Shown here: piece by piece, positions 36,200 through 46,713 of the stretch
How the letters are laid out: each line of letters starts with the position of its first letter
Position numbering within the stretch: the stretch's first letter is position 1
Sequence record: PQ390715.1
DNA length: 64,000 nt
Direction: 5' to 3' (one strand)
The notes under the pieces: generated by a model
Seen by the model: the letters and a program-made list of their open reading frames with translations, nothing else
Database searches by the model: none
Told to the model about the DNA's origin: nothing
Translations under genes and position numbers: made by a program

Positions 36200-36529
36200 T
36201 TAGTAATCATCTGCTTGTGGAAGATTATTAGTAACACTAAGAATAGTTTCGATATTATCGAGTTTATTTTGTTTGTCAAAGTAATCACCTTTGTACATAC
36301 GTTGTGCAGCTTGTTTGATATCAGATGCATCGATACCAAGTTCATCAGAAACACTAGAAACAAAATCAGATAAGGATGCTTTGGTATCATCAATGAAAGT
36401 TAGTTGTACAACAATGTTGTTAAGTGCGTCACCGAGACGTTTACGTTGTTCATCGTTTAGATCACGAATTTCAACTTTAACTTCTTTTTTAGATTTAGCC
36501 ATTTTGTATTTCTCCATGTGTGTTTTCAA
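36200..36529 (-). CDS. DsbA-like double-stranded DNA-binding protein
   Basis: DELGIDASDIKQAAQRMYKG resembles T4 DsbA DELGVDGKMFNRLLALYHKD; helical; similar size. Confidence 0.6.
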   Translation of the reverse strand: MKTHMEKYKMAKSKKEVKVEIRDLNDEQRKRLGDALNNIVVQLTFIDDTKASLSDFVSSVSDELGIDASDIKQAAQRMYKGDYFDKQNKLDNIETILSVTNNLPQADDY

Positions 36530-36566
36530 AAAAATGTCACCTCACCACAATCGGTGAGATGACTTA

Positions 36567-36595
36567 ATTGTATCACGTCTTTACGTGTTGTCTCA
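36567..36595 (-). promoter_or_regulatory. Phage promoter TGAGACA-N16-TACAAT
   Basis: Motif copy upstream of the dsbA-like gene and polymerase. Confidence 0.8.
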
Positions 36596-37150
36596 TTTTT
36601 TTTCCGGTTTAACTGGAAATGAAAATGTTTTCTTGATCATGTCTGCTGGTTTGATTGAATTCAATTGCGTTACATAATCTTTCAATTTTACAAACAATAC
36701 AGCTTCTTCATCAGTTGCTAACTCAAGATCCATAGCAGTTTTTAAGTGTCCAAGTTCTTGAATTGCAATGTATTTCAAATTAGATAATTCATTTTTTAGG
36801 CGTTCAATTTTTTCTTCTTTAGTTTCAATATAGTCATGAATAGTATTTCCATCGTAAACCATACCATAAAGTTTGTTAATATCACCATCATATTCAATTT
36901 CAGAAACACTAAAACCTAAAGGTACTAGATCATAAATGTTATATGATGCTGAAACAATTAAACCGTTAATATCATACATAAATTTTGCTTTATTAATGTC
37001 AAACAATTCACGAGATTCATACCAATCCATACCTTCATCGGACATCATATACAAAGAATTAGGATTACCACCTTCTTTTTCATACATCTTAAAATTTGTT
37101 AGTTGCATTACACATTCCTTATTGTTGACGTACTGTTTCCCAGTTACCAT
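36593..37150 (-). CDS. Tail fibre assembly chaperone (Tfa-like)
   Basis: SDEGMDWYE..., LVPLGFSVSEI, LKTAMDLELATDEE...FPVKP; follows the fibre gene. Confidence 0.82.
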   Translation of the reverse strand: MVTGKQYVNNKECVMQLTNFKMYEKEGGNPNSLYMMSDEGMDWYESRELFDINKAKFMYDINGLIVSASYNIYDLVPLGFSVSEIEYDGDINKLYGMVYDGNTIHDYIETKEEKIERLKNELSNLKYIAIQELGHLKTAMDLELATDEEAVLFVKLKDYVTQLNSIKPADMIKKTFSFPVKPEKK

Positions 37151-38729
37151 TTATTTGCATTTGAACATAGCGATAACTAATTCGTTCTAAGTGAGTGCCT
37201 GAACTACCATTAACAGAAATCCATACGCCATCCATAAATGCACCTTCTGGTGTATATGTCCATGAAGAATCAGGTATTTTACTTGTTTCAATACGTGCAC
37301 TCAAACGAATACTTTGTACGTTATTAGTACTAATTTGCAAAGTAACGTTGCCACTAGCATCAGCAGCAGTACCGTTAATTGAACGAACAATATTTTTACC
37401 ACCAACAGTAGCTGAGTTGTTAGAAACAGTTAATGATGGAGCAGCTAAAGTACCAGAAGAGTTTACAGTAACTTCTGCTCCACCGGAACGTAATCTCAAT
37501 GTATTATTTGAAGAGTTATGATACACTGCCGCACGCTCACCACCGCTTGCGTTACGGAAATATAGAACTAATGATGTATCATTTGACTTAATTGACGCAC
37601 TGTTTGCAATAGTCAATGAACCAGTCATTGTATCACCAGTTTTTAGTACATAACGAGTGTTTGCAACTTTTTCACTCAATGCGACGTTAGATTCAGCAAT
37701 GTTATATAGATATGCAACGTTAAAGTGTTCCACATCAATGTTACTAATACCATGATAGTGTGGTTGGTTTCCACCAAGTGTGTTAGTGTTTCCACTAAAT
37801 GAGTGAATGTGGTCTGGTGCTTCGTTAATGTTATTGATTACAGTTGGTATACCGTTATCATTACTTGAAGTTAACGCATTTAGACCACTACGGTCCATAC
37901 CTTTTAGTGCTTGACTATGACCATGACGACCAGCAGCCCCTGTGGTCCCACTAAAACTAAATGAGTGTGATGGTAATTGGGCAACACTTAATACTGTGCC
38001 GCTAATATTACCGCTACTACCAATAACACTATCAGTTTTAGTTACACCTGATGTGGATATCCCTTTTAAGTACGCGTTTTGGTTAAGGTTTGGTACTTGT
38101 TTGGTAATTGTACCATTTTCCCCCTCCCATTGCCACCACATACCATCAGCAAAACACCAACCATCAGACGTTTTCCACGGAGCACCTTGTGAACCGTTTC
38201 TCCCACTTTGTCCATTCGATTGTCCTGACATTTGTTCACGTATACTAGCAACAGATTGACCAGAAGTCAATGAATATTGTGTAATAGCACCTGGTTTAAG
38301 TGAAGTGTAAAGACCAGTTGGACCAGAACCACCACTAGAAGCAGTAGGGAATACAATGTTTAAGTTTGTTCCACTAATACTTGCACTAGGAACAGTACTA
38401 CTACTGTATGTTACACTTTCTACTTTTAAATTTAATTTTCTGTTTACTTCATCTAATGAAATTCTAATTGGTTCCAAAATAGTATCAGTATCGTATACTG
38501 CAATCCAACTTGTACCGTTATGATACTTCAAAACTAATTCGTTTCGATCAAAAACCATTGCACCTTGTTCACCAGTAGGTAACGTTTGTACTGGTATAAT
38601 AACTGATGACGAATTAAAACGAATAGGTCTTGGGTTAGTTGGTGTACCACCAAGCACTATTAGTTCTAAAGATCCATTAGCACCAGTACTGGTCATTGTA
38701 TCCAATGGGTTATTAAAACTTATGCTCAT
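37119..38729 (-). CDS. Tail fibre protein with collar-like domain
   Basis: WCFADG..VPNL, LSVAQLPSHS, HxH repeats, YVLKTGDTMTG, C-terminal YRYVQMQINGNW. Confidence 0.82.
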   Translation of the reverse strand: MSISFNNPLDTMTSTGANGSLELIVLGGTPTNPRPIRFNSSSVIIPVQTLPTGEQGAMVFDRNELVLKYHNGTSWIAVYDTDTILEPIRISLDEVNRKLNLKVESVTYSSSTVPSASISGTNLNIVFPTASSGGSGPTGLYTSLKPGAITQYSLTSGQSVASIREQMSGQSNGQSGRNGSQGAPWKTSDGWCFADGMWWQWEGENGTITKQVPNLNQNAYLKGISTSGVTKTDSVIGSSGNISGTVLSVAQLPSHSFSFSGTTGAAGRHGHSQALKGMDRSGLNALTSSNDNGIPTVINNINEAPDHIHSFSGNTNTLGGNQPHYHGISNIDVEHFNVAYLYNIAESNVALSEKVANTRYVLKTGDTMTGSLTIANSASIKSNDTSLVLYFRNASGGERAAVYHNSSNNTLRLRSGGAEVTVNSSGTLAAPSLTVSNNSATVGGKNIVRSINGTAADASGNVTLQISTNNVQSIRLSARIETSKIPDSSWTYTPEGAFMDGVWISVNGSSGTHLERISYRYVQMQINGNWETVRQQ

Positions 38730-38769
38730 GTATAAATCCCTTTATGATTAATATATACTATATTTATTC

Positions 38770-39096
38770 CTATAGCAAGTCGTTATCCATATCATCCCAC
38801 ACAGAATCAATGATGTTTGCTGCTATCTTTTTAGACATTTTAAACCACTCCGTGTTTGGTTGTCTAGTTGCATTCATTTGTTTAAGCCTTTTATGTATCT
38901 CTTTTTCAGCTAAACGTGCGTCTTCAAAGTGAACTTCATGATAAACTTCAAAATCACGAAACGGGGTAGCTGTCTGATACGTTCTCAAACGCTCTGTCAT
39001 TTCAGATTTAGAAGTGAAACCAATCTTAACATAGTCAGGCCATGCAGAGTTTATTATAACATAACATATCTGTGACATAGATTCAATCTCCATCAT
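38770..39096 (-). CDS. T5orf172/MUG113 (GIY-YIG-like) domain protein
   Basis: CYVI...YVKIGFT...RL..YQT, LAEKEIHKRL, EWF. Confidence 0.85.
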   Translation of the reverse strand: MMEIESMSQICYVIINSAWPDYVKIGFTSKSEMTERLRTYQTATPFRDFEVYHEVHFEDARLAEKEIHKRLKQMNATRQPNTEWFKMSKKIAANIIDSVWDDMDNDLL

Positions 39097-39117
39097 TAAT
39101 ATGGAGATATTTATCTA

Positions 39118-39477
39118 TCAACTAATAGTGAATTTTAAACCAATATCAATTAAACGTTGAAAAGGATTATGTGGCTGAAATTCCGATGGTTCTTGTGCTA
39201 TGTTTAGTACAGGAGCATCAGAATGCAGCACCGACATACGTTCTCTATAATGATCTATGTATTCTTCATACAACATATCTTCAGTATGTGTATTAAGTAT
39301 ATCTTCTATAAAAGAATCTAAACTATAATCCAATCTATCATCATTATAATACAATGTTTCAGTGGCTTCATCATATCCAACTAACGTACCATAAGGAACA
39401 TTTATTTCTATATTTGAGTACTGACTCTTTAAGTACTCTTCTTTGTTAAATTTGTATACAGTTAACATCCGTGTCAA
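39118..39477 (-). CDS. Hypothetical protein
   Basis: 119 aa ORF. Confidence 0.7.
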   Translation of the reverse strand: MTRMLTVYKFNKEEYLKSQYSNIEINVPYGTLVGYDEATETLYYNDDRLDYSLDSFIEDILNTHTEDMLYEEYIDHYRERMSVLHSDAPVLNIAQEPSEFQPHNPFQRLIDIGLKFTIS

Positions 39478-39491
39478 CTCCTTTAGATTGT

Positions 39492-40490
39492 TTACTTAGT
39501 TTTCCATTCTTTTATCATGGATAGTACTAATACCAAATCTTCTTCATTGAAAGTTTCAGTGTATCCATCAGGGAAATCTTCTTTTTCAACAACTTTATTA
39601 GTTATAGTACCTTTTATTTTTTGTTCGAGGTCTTGTGCTTCTCTTCGTGTTTCAAAGTTTTCAATTAACAAAACATCATGTTCAGTATGAGCATAATGTT
39701 TTTGTTGACTAATTCTACGATTGATATCATTAGTTACACCCAATTTATAAAATACACCTTTTGTTGGGTGAGTTATTTTTTGTACATATAAAGTTGATGG
39801 TTCACGCATAGTACCTTCACTTTCGTTACATACGGGGCAATGTTCTCGGTTAGTTTTTCTGAAGTTTGCTAATGATTTATAAATTTTTATATCTTTGTGA
39901 AGTGAGCACCCAAATACACACTCGGTAAGATGATAATCAAACGTTTCATCATATTGAAAATCATCATATGTGTACTTGTCACCATGAATTTTCATCAACT
40001 CTTTTTTCATAATATTTGTATCTTTTCGTTTAGAAGAAATCATTCGTTCTTTGCCGCATTCTAAACATCCAGCGTTTTTACCAACAAATCCATCATATGA
40101 AATTTCAAATTCCAAATCATGCTTATAACATACGAACTTTACTTTTGAATTTTTCTTATCAACATAATAGCAGGTAGAAATATATTCCCACGGTTTGTTC
40201 TCATTTTGTATTCGTGACAAACATGCATGTTTATATTGACTTTCAGTTTTAGGAACACTAGTCCCGTTCTGCTGTTTCATTATACCACAATGTTGACATT
40301 TTTTTCTTGATGAGAAGTTATCGATACTACACGACAATATAGAAGATTTACAATCCCAGCATGTGTATGAAAAATTACTTTTGGCATTTTTAAAATTAAT
40401 TATTTTATGAAATACAATGTTTAAGTTGTTAGTTTTTATGATGGTAAGAATCTTGTCTACGTAATATTGTTCATCGAATTTAGAAGCCAT
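39492..40490 (-). CDS. Putative homing endonuclease: zinc-ribbon repeats plus C-terminal GIY-YIG/T5orf172 domain
   Basis: Three Cys/His zinc modules (CWDC..CQHC; CYKH..CLEC; CSLH..CPVC), HGDKYTY motif, LYV...YKLGVTNDINRRI. Confidence 0.75.
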   Translation of the reverse strand: MASKFDEQYYVDKILTIIKTNNLNIVFHKIINFKNAKSNFSYTCWDCKSSILSCSIDNFSSRKKCQHCGIMKQQNGTSVPKTESQYKHACLSRIQNENKPWEYISTCYYVDKKNSKVKFVCYKHDLEFEISYDGFVGKNAGCLECGKERMISSKRKDTNIMKKELMKIHGDKYTYDDFQYDETFDYHLTECVFGCSLHKDIKIYKSLANFRKTNREHCPVCNESEGTMREPSTLYVQKITHPTKGVFYKLGVTNDINRRISQQKHYAHTEHDVLLIENFETRREAQDLEQKIKGTITNKVVEKEDFPDGYTETFNEEDLVLVLSMIKEWKTK

Positions 40491-40560
40491 AATTAAAATC
40501 CTTTGTTATAATAAAAATAATAATAACACGAAATGATGAATTTCACAAGTGTATTTACAA

Positions 40561-40586
40561 AAGAAAAGGGACTCCGAAGAGTCCCT
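40561..40586 (-). terminator. Terminator after major capsid gene
   Basis: AGGGACTC-TTCG-GAGTCCCT-TTTCTT on the minus strand. Confidence 0.9.
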
Positions 40587-40629
40587 ATTGTTTTTAATTT
40601 CTTGATTAAATCTTTGAAATCGATTACAA

Positions 40630-41805
40630 TTACATGAAAGTAACGTTTTTGATAGCGATTTTGCTGTAGTAGTCAGCAGCGTTACCAAGAGATGAAGTAC
40701 TATCAGTCAATTGTACATAGCCATAACGGGTTAGAAAAGTTGTTACGAGTTCCCCAGTGTTAGGGTCCATTACAGTACCAGAAGCCATTAGTGGGATGTA
40801 TGGGCAATAGAACACACCAGCATCAGTTTCAGCATTACCTTTATAACCAATCAAAATGTCCTCGGCATCTGAAGCATACGTATCAACAAAAATACGCATA
40901 GTGCTGTTTAGAGTACCTACAAACTTAACGTTAGTTGGTGCTTCGAAAGTACCTTCAGTGGTACGTGCAAAGCTAGAAGTAGTAGCAGATTGTAGAATGG
41001 TTAGTGCAGTTGGGGAAACAACAGCCCAGTTTGCAGCACCACGCTTAGTACGACGAGCAACTTCGTTTGCTTGACGGTTAATTAGAGTTGCTAGAGCAGC
41101 GTGCTCATCACCAACGAAGGTTGCAACACCAGTAACTTTAGATTGGTCATAAGTTACAGCAGCAGCACCAGGTAGTGCACGTAGACGGCTTAGTAGCTCT
41201 TGGTCGATTTCTACGGTAACTTCTTGAGCGATTGCAGCCATTAGTTCTGCTTCAACGTCAACACCATGTTGGGATTGAGCATCTTGTGCAGATTCAACAG
41301 TCCAACGTGCAGATAGACGACGAGATTTCGCTTCAACAGTTTCACGTAGAATACGGATGTTAACGCGACGACCCATAGTACCTTCTAGTTGGCTAGTAGG
41401 AGCAGCTTGTGGGTTGCTATTATCCGCATTTAGATCACCAGAGTAGGATTTAGCGATTTTGTATGGAGAAAGCATTTCTTCACCAGCGATAACACCAGGT
41501 GCGTTATCAGCATATTGCACACGTAGGGTGTGGATCTGACCAACTGGACCAGTCATTGGTTGAACACCGATGATTTCGTTAGCAATAACGGTTGGCATTA
41601 CACGACGCATAATTGGTAGAATCACTTTGTTTAGAGTAGCGATGTTACCAGCGGTAGTTGCACCAGAAGTTGCGGATTCAGTTAGCATAACTTTACGATG
41701 GTTATCAAGAACAGTTTCCATTACAGACTTACGAGTACCCTGTAGACCTTCAACTAGTTTCTCTTTTACTGCTACCCATTTGGATTCATTTAGTAGTTGT
41801 GACAT
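40630..41805 (-). CDS. Major capsid protein (T4 gp23-like)
   Basis: RRVMPTVIANEIIGVQPMTGPVGQIHTLR, AEITxEID-like AQEVTVEIDQE, FYCPYIP, TRYG. Confidence 0.96.
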   Translation of the reverse strand: MSQLLNESKWVAVKEKLVEGLQGTRKSVMETVLDNHRKVMLTESATSGATTAGNIATLNKVILPIMRRVMPTVIANEIIGVQPMTGPVGQIHTLRVQYADNAPGVIAGEEMLSPYKIAKSYSGDLNADNSNPQAAPTSQLEGTMGRRVNIRILRETVEAKSRRLSARWTVESAQDAQSQHGVDVEAELMAAIAQEVTVEIDQELLSRLRALPGAAAVTYDQSKVTGVATFVGDEHAALATLINRQANEVARRTKRGAANWAVVSPTALTILQSATTSSFARTTEGTFEAPTNVKFVGTLNSTMRIFVDTYASDAEDILIGYKGNAETDAGVFYCPYIPLMASGTVMDPNTGELVTTFLTRYGYVQLTDSTSSLGNAADYYSKIAIKNVTFM

Positions 41806-41850
41806 TATATATCTCCTTAAAGATGTTATATTCGTTTTTCAGTATGATAT

Positions 41851-41858
41851 TATTTATA
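41851..41858 (-). promoter_or_regulatory. T4-type late promoter TATAAATA
   Basis: Exact T4 late consensus upstream of the capsid gene; also at 43060-43067 (-), 49018-49025 (+), 55557-55564 (+), 61596-61603 (+). Confidence 0.8.
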
Positions 41859-41896
41859 GAACTGAAAAATTTGATTATTAAAATGCTTTAAAATGT

Positions 41897-43012
41897 TTAT
41901 TTTTTATTGATACCTGAAAGAACATCGAGTTCTTTTAGGAATGCCATATCGTCAGCGGTCATTTCTTCGCTTTCAACAATAGCCTGACGGTTGCCAGTGA
42001 TTACTTTACCTTCTGCAAGAGTTTTCTTAGCGGAAGACTGAACTGCTTGACGAGTGGTAGCAGATTCATTTACTTTAGTACCGTTAAGTACTGACTTATG
42101 GTACTTGCTGAAATCTTCTTTAAGCTTTTCAGTAGGTGAAGTAGCTAGAAGGGATTCCATAATTTGTTTTTGCTGTGCAGTTAGTGGTTTTACTAGTTCA
42201 GACATAATCGCATTACGTGCTTGTGCATCTTCCATAATACGTAGTTTGGTTTTAGCAGCTTTAACGGCATTAGCAGTTTCATGTAGTTCTTGCTTAACTT
42301 GAGCAATTTCATCTTCTTTAGATTTAATTGATTCAGTTAGGGAACGTAGCAATGAATTTTCATTAAATTGTTTGACATTAAACTCTTGAGCAAATGCTTC
42401 AAAGATTTTACGACCAAACATATTTTGTTTTGCTTCCACTAGATCTTGTTTCAACGCATATAGATTCTTCTGAGTGGTTTCTGCAATATATTTAGCAGCA
42501 CTTTCAGATGTACGTTTGATGAAGTTATTACGAGCTTCAGCAATTTGACGTGAACCTTCAGCAAGTAGTTTAACGCGAGTTTCTACTAGTTGGCGTTTTT
42601 CAGTGTGGAATTCTTTTAGCTCTTCTGCTAGGATACCGTTAGAAAAATTAACGAATTTACCCATGCATTCATGAAGATGCTTACGTTCTTTACGCATTTG
42701 TTTAACTTCTTCAGCCAAAACAGAGTTTGAAAACGCAGAGAAATTGCTTAGTGTTTTACGTAGAGTTACACGATCTTCAACGAGACGTTTTTTCTCTTCA
42801 TATACAGCACCCATTTCTTCAGCAATGACTTGAGTAACCATAGTGTTCAAACCTTCGGTTAGTTCAGCCAAATCTTGCTGATAACGGCCTTTCATTTCTT
42901 CACGCATCTCTGCGGCTAGTGTATTCTTTTCTTCATTCCATGCTTCCTGAATTAGCTGTTTTGCCTCATCAGAAAGAGATGATTCTTTTAGAAGCTTTTC
43001 TAATTTAGACAT
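41897..43012 (-). CDS. Prohead core scaffolding protein (gp22-like)
   Basis: Long coiled coil between protease and capsid genes. Confidence 0.85.
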   Translation of the reverse strand: MSKLEKLLKESSLSDEAKQLIQEAWNEEKNTLAAEMREEMKGRYQQDLAELTEGLNTMVTQVIAEEMGAVYEEKKRLVEDRVTLRKTLSNFSAFSNSVLAEEVKQMRKERKHLHECMGKFVNFSNGILAEELKEFHTEKRQLVETRVKLLAEGSRQIAEARNNFIKRTSESAAKYIAETTQKNLYALKQDLVEAKQNMFGRKIFEAFAQEFNVKQFNENSLLRSLTESIKSKEDEIAQVKQELHETANAVKAAKTKLRIMEDAQARNAIMSELVKPLTAQQKQIMESLLATSPTEKLKEDFSKYHKSVLNGTKVNESATTRQAVQSSAKKTLAEGKVITGNRQAIVESEEMTADDMAFLKELDVLSGINKK

Positions 43013-43078
43013 TCGTTCTCTCCTTTAAGTACTGAAATATCTGTACTTCAACATACAGATATTTATATTTTTAAAATG

Positions 43079-43702
43079 TTAACCTTTTAATTTCTTGAAA
43101 AAATCGTATATTTCAGAATCTAAATTATTTACTTTTTTAGATTCAGTGATTTTTTTAGAACTATTACAAGGTGATCCGTACTTACTCATCAGAGATTCAA
43201 ATACCGCTGTTGGGTATGCTTCTGGAGCACTAGGTTGAGCAACAATATCAATAGTGATAATTTCAAAATCAGAAACTATTCCATTATAATCAACGTTACC
43301 GGAACCGCGAGAACTTACACCAAGTTTTACACCAGCCTCTAGCATTTTACGGATATTTTGACCATGTGCAGTATCAAGTAGTTTGATTTCTGCCATACCA
43401 TTAGCACCTTCCATCCAAACCTTAGTAATCATTGCTGCTACTCGGTCTAGGTTAATAGTTAGTGTTTCTGGATGGTCACATTCAACAAGAATGCTTTCAC
43501 CTTTAGCTAAACGCTGGTTCATGTTATTTACTGCCCTTGTAATTTCAGATAAAGGGTAAATTCTCTCGTTCAAATTTCGTTGGTCGGCTTGAATAGCAAT
43601 ACCACGAAGATAGCAGTCACGCCCACCAAATCCATTATCACGATGTTCCAAAACAACTTTAGAATCATTGAATGAAGACCATTCACGAATCATACTACTC
43701 AT
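43079..43702 (-). CDS. Prohead protease (gp21-like)
   Basis: QADQRNLNERIYP, ECDHP, LGVSSRGSG, DIVAQPSAP. Confidence 0.93.
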   Translation of the reverse strand: MSSMIREWSSFNDSKVVLEHRDNGFGGRDCYLRGIAIQADQRNLNERIYPLSEITRAVNNMNQRLAKGESILVECDHPETLTINLDRVAAMITKVWMEGANGMAEIKLLDTAHGQNIRKMLEAGVKLGVSSRGSGNVDYNGIVSDFEIITIDIVAQPSAPEAYPTAVFESLMSKYGSPCNSSKKITESKKVNNLDSEIYDFFKKLKG

Positions 43703-43722
43703 AATGATCTCCTTTCAGATAT

Positions 43723-44583
43723 TTATTTTAGTTTAGGTTGTGCTTTGCTTAGTGGTGATTTAGAATTAGATGCAGTAGTTTTTGGTGCTTTAACATCTTT
43801 CATTTCACCGCGAGCATTTTTACCAAGATCTAGACTATCTTTTGGTAGAACAGATTTATCATCTAGGTCTAGTAGTGGTGCTTGGTCAGTTTTCTTAGCG
43901 AATTTAACTGGCTCTGCTCCTGCTACTGGAGATTTAGCTTCTGGTGCTACTGGAGATTTGGAATGAGTGCCAGCTTTTTCTTTCTTATCAACTGGAGCAA
44001 CTTTTTCTAGTTTGAAGGATTCACCGAATTTTTCATCACCGAATTCAACATCAGCAAATTCGTCGTCACCGTCAACGCCAACTTCTTCTTCGCTATCTTC
44101 TACTTCTTCTTCAGAATCTAGATCAACTTCACCGTCACCGATTTCATCAAACATTTGTTGTAGGCCACGGAAAGCATCTTGGATTGATTCCCATTGGTCT
44201 TCGGAAGGAACATCAGCATCAGCTTTCACTTCAACGTCAACATCGTCTTCACCGTCACCATCTGCATCAGCAGAGAATTCAACTTCTTCTTCTGCACTTT
44301 CATCTTCTTCACCAAGGGTGTATTCGATTTCAGCATTTAGACCTTCGTCTGGTTGTACATCAAAATCTTCGTCAAGCTTTTCTTCATCTTTGACTTTAAC
44401 TTCGACTTCATAATCTTCATCGTCGTCTTCATCTTCCATGCTTTCTTCTAGTTGTTTGTTAATTTCTTGAGCTTGCTCAACGAAATACTTACGCATTTTT
44501 TTATCAGCAATATCTTGTTCGCCATTTGCAAACGCCGCAATTGCTTCTTGTAGTAGTTTTAAATTCGCCATTATATCCTCCAT
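43723..44583 (-). CDS. Highly acidic prohead core protein
   Basis: Asp/Glu-rich; located between portal and protease like T4 gp67/68. Confidence 0.65.
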   Translation of the reverse strand: MEDIMANLKLLQEAIAAFANGEQDIADKKMRKYFVEQAQEINKQLEESMEDEDDDEDYEVEVKVKDEEKLDEDFDVQPDEGLNAEIEYTLGEEDESAEEEVEFSADADGDGEDDVDVEVKADADVPSEDQWESIQDAFRGLQQMFDEIGDGEVDLDSEEEVEDSEEEVGVDGDDEFADVEFGDEKFGESFKLEKVAPVDKKEKAGTHSKSPVAPEAKSPVAGAEPVKFAKKTDQAPLLDLDDKSVLPKDSLDLGKNARGEMKDVKAPKTTASNSKSPLSKAQPKLK

Positions 44584-44672
44584 AGATATATTACATTCGT
44601 ATAAAGTATGATATTATTTAGTACTGAATAAAATCGCCTTTTTTAAAAGCTTTAAAAAGTGCGATTTTTGAT

Positions 44673-44900
44673 TTACATTAACCCAGAACCGTCACCAGTT
44701 GGTGCAGCGGCATAAACAACTGCAACCACATTTTTGCGGCGTTGTTCTTCATGTGCTTTAAATTCACGGTACTTTCTTAAGTTGTTTAATACTTGTAATG
44801 TTAGTTTCGGTTTTCTGGAATCAGTAATTTTATATACGTTCTGATCATCTTCAGGGTCGTACATTGAATCACTGCTAGATTCAAAGATGTCCTTTAACAT
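44673..44900 (-). CDS. Small prohead-associated hypothetical protein
   Basis: 75 aa; RKPKLTLQVLNNLRKYRE; in the head module. Confidence 0.65.
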   Translation of the reverse strand: MLKDIFESSSDSMYDPEDDQNVYKITDSRKPKLTLQVLNNLRKYREFKAHEEQRRKNVVAVVYAAAPTGDGSGLM

Positions 44901-44973
44901 TTGATCTCCTTGAAATATGCATTATAAATGAGGGTAAAAATAAACCCTCATTCTTATACACTGTTATTTATGT

Positions 44974-46713
44974 TTAAAAAGAATTGCCTAAATTATTAGG
45001 GTTGAAACCACCACTTCCACTCTGTTGCTCTTGGTATTCGGCATCAGCACTTTCCAAATTACCTTCTCCATCAATACCAAGATCCATTCCAGGATCATTT
45101 GGAGCATCAATACCAACAGACTGTAATCCAGCGGAATCTTCTTCACCACCAGAAGGTTGGGAACCATCTTGTGGATTCTCTTGTAACCACATTTGTTCAT
45201 TCTTAACAATATCAGCTTTAGAAAAGCCCATTTTTTCAAGAATTGTTTGTTTCGCCATATAAGGCAAGTCATTAAGAGGAAGATATGTATTAATTAGTTT
45301 AGCATCTAGTTCAGCTTTACGATAAGAAGCTAAGTTAATAGGTGGATTCATAATAACTTCAAAAGATGAAGTACTAATGTTATATCCATTTTTAACCATA
45401 AATCTTTTGAATTCAGCATCAAAATGTTTTGCAACTAAACGTTGATAACGCATACATTGATTATTGAATCGCAATTCACTTGCCATAGCTTGTGTAGCAC
45501 CATCACCAAATAATGAAACACCACCATCATCTGGACCTTGTGGTAGATAAGAAGCTGGTATTTGAAGACCACGAATCAATTTATTATTGAAATAACGTAA
45601 GTCATCAATTTGTCCTAAGTTATCACCGCCTGGTAATGTTTGAACATCTGAACCACGACCTTCAGAAGTTTGTGGGAAAAAGTAGTCTTCTAAAATGCTT
45701 AATGGATTATATGCTGCATCCATTAATGAAGTACTTCCACCTTTGTTTGAAGGTATTCTACGCTGGTGGATTTCATTTTTAAATCTTTCAACATAAGCCA
45801 TCGCTTGATGTGCTTGCATATCACCAACATCAATTTTAAATACACGACGCTCAGGTGCACGTTGTACACGATAAATTATGATACTATCTTCCAGAAGTTC
45901 TTTTTGCTTATAGACTTTAAATACGTCCTCAAGTATACTAGTACCAAAAGGCCATACCCCATCTTGTCCTGTATTTAGCGTTAGATGAATTACGTGTTCT
46001 GCACCAACAGGAATAACGTCTAATTGACCGTTAGTACTGAATGGATCAGCAGTATTTCCTTGACTTGTAAAACCAGATGCACCACCCGCAGCTACTGAAC
46101 CACCACCACCCATTGTTGTCGGAATAGCTCCTGGATAAGCGGTTTTATCAAATCCTACTTGAAGGTTACTAAAAACTTTATCTTTCAAATTTAATGATAC
46201 GTCACGTATATAATAAATTACTGGTGTTTTACCAGTGGCTTCGTTAACAAATACTTGCTCAACATTTTTGGGACTTACCCAATACCAATCGAATGTTTCT
46301 GGATCTCGAATGAAAAATTGATCACCATATTTCAGAAGACCACGCACAATTTCATACATTCGTGTTTTAAAATCATTTTGTTCAGTCCATGCATCTAAAC
46401 GATCTTCAATAGTAGTTACTTCAGTATCACCAATATCATCTTTATATTTGATTTTATATGGTAAACCAAAATCTTCAGTACTTTGGGTACAAAAGTCAGC
46501 AATTATATTCAATGCAGTTCTAATTTCAGGATCTTGGTCCATTTGCTCATACTGACTATAACGCTCAGTACGGTTTGCCAATCCATTATATACAACAGGA
46601 AGATAGGAAGCGAAATTTGTTTTCGTTCCTGTTGATTTATTGCTATTACTGGACTGATTCGGGATGGTCGATAGTTTAGACCTTCCCACTGTCATATGTC
46701 GTTTCCAACTCAT
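44974..46713 (-). CDS. Portal protein (gp20-like)
   Basis: LEDSIIIYRVQRAPERRVFKIDVG, SILEDYFFP, TLPGGDNLGQIDD. Confidence 0.96.
   Translation of the reverse strand: MSWKRHMTVGRSKLSTIPNQSSNSNKSTGTKTNFASYLPVVYNGLANRTERYSQYEQMDQDPEIRTALNIIADFCTQSTEDFGLPYKIKYKDDIGDTEVTTIEDRLDAWTEQNDFKTRMYEIVRGLLKYGDQFFIRDPETFDWYWVSPKNVEQVFVNEATGKTPVIYYIRDVSLNLKDKVFSNLQVGFDKTAYPGAIPTTMGGGGSVAAGGASGFTSQGNTADPFSTNGQLDVIPVGAEHVIHLTLNTGQDGVWPFGTSILEDVFKVYKQKELLEDSIIIYRVQRAPERRVFKIDVGDMQAHQAMAYVERFKNEIHQRRIPSNKGGSTSLMDAAYNPLSILEDYFFPQTSEGRGSDVQTLPGGDNLGQIDDLRYFNNKLIRGLQIPASYLPQGPDDGGVSLFGDGATQAMASELRFNNQCMRYQRLVAKHFDAEFKRFMVKNGYNISTSSFEVIMNPPINLASYRKAELDAKLINTYLPLNDLPYMAKQTILEKMGFSKADIVKNEQMWLQENPQDGSQPSGGEEDSAGLQSVGIDAPNDPGMDLGIDGEGNLESADAEYQEQQSGSGGFNPNNLGNSF

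Noticed and set aside
40506-40688. 60 aa ORF overlapping the capsid stop
   Set aside because: Alternate frame running through the capsid terminator; no RBS.
43967-44413. 148 aa Ser-rich plus-strand ORF (also 6157-6444, 7881-8186, 22662-23021, 49137-49637 and similar)
   Set aside because: Antisense shadows of genuine genes with biased codons; no RBS or promoter support.
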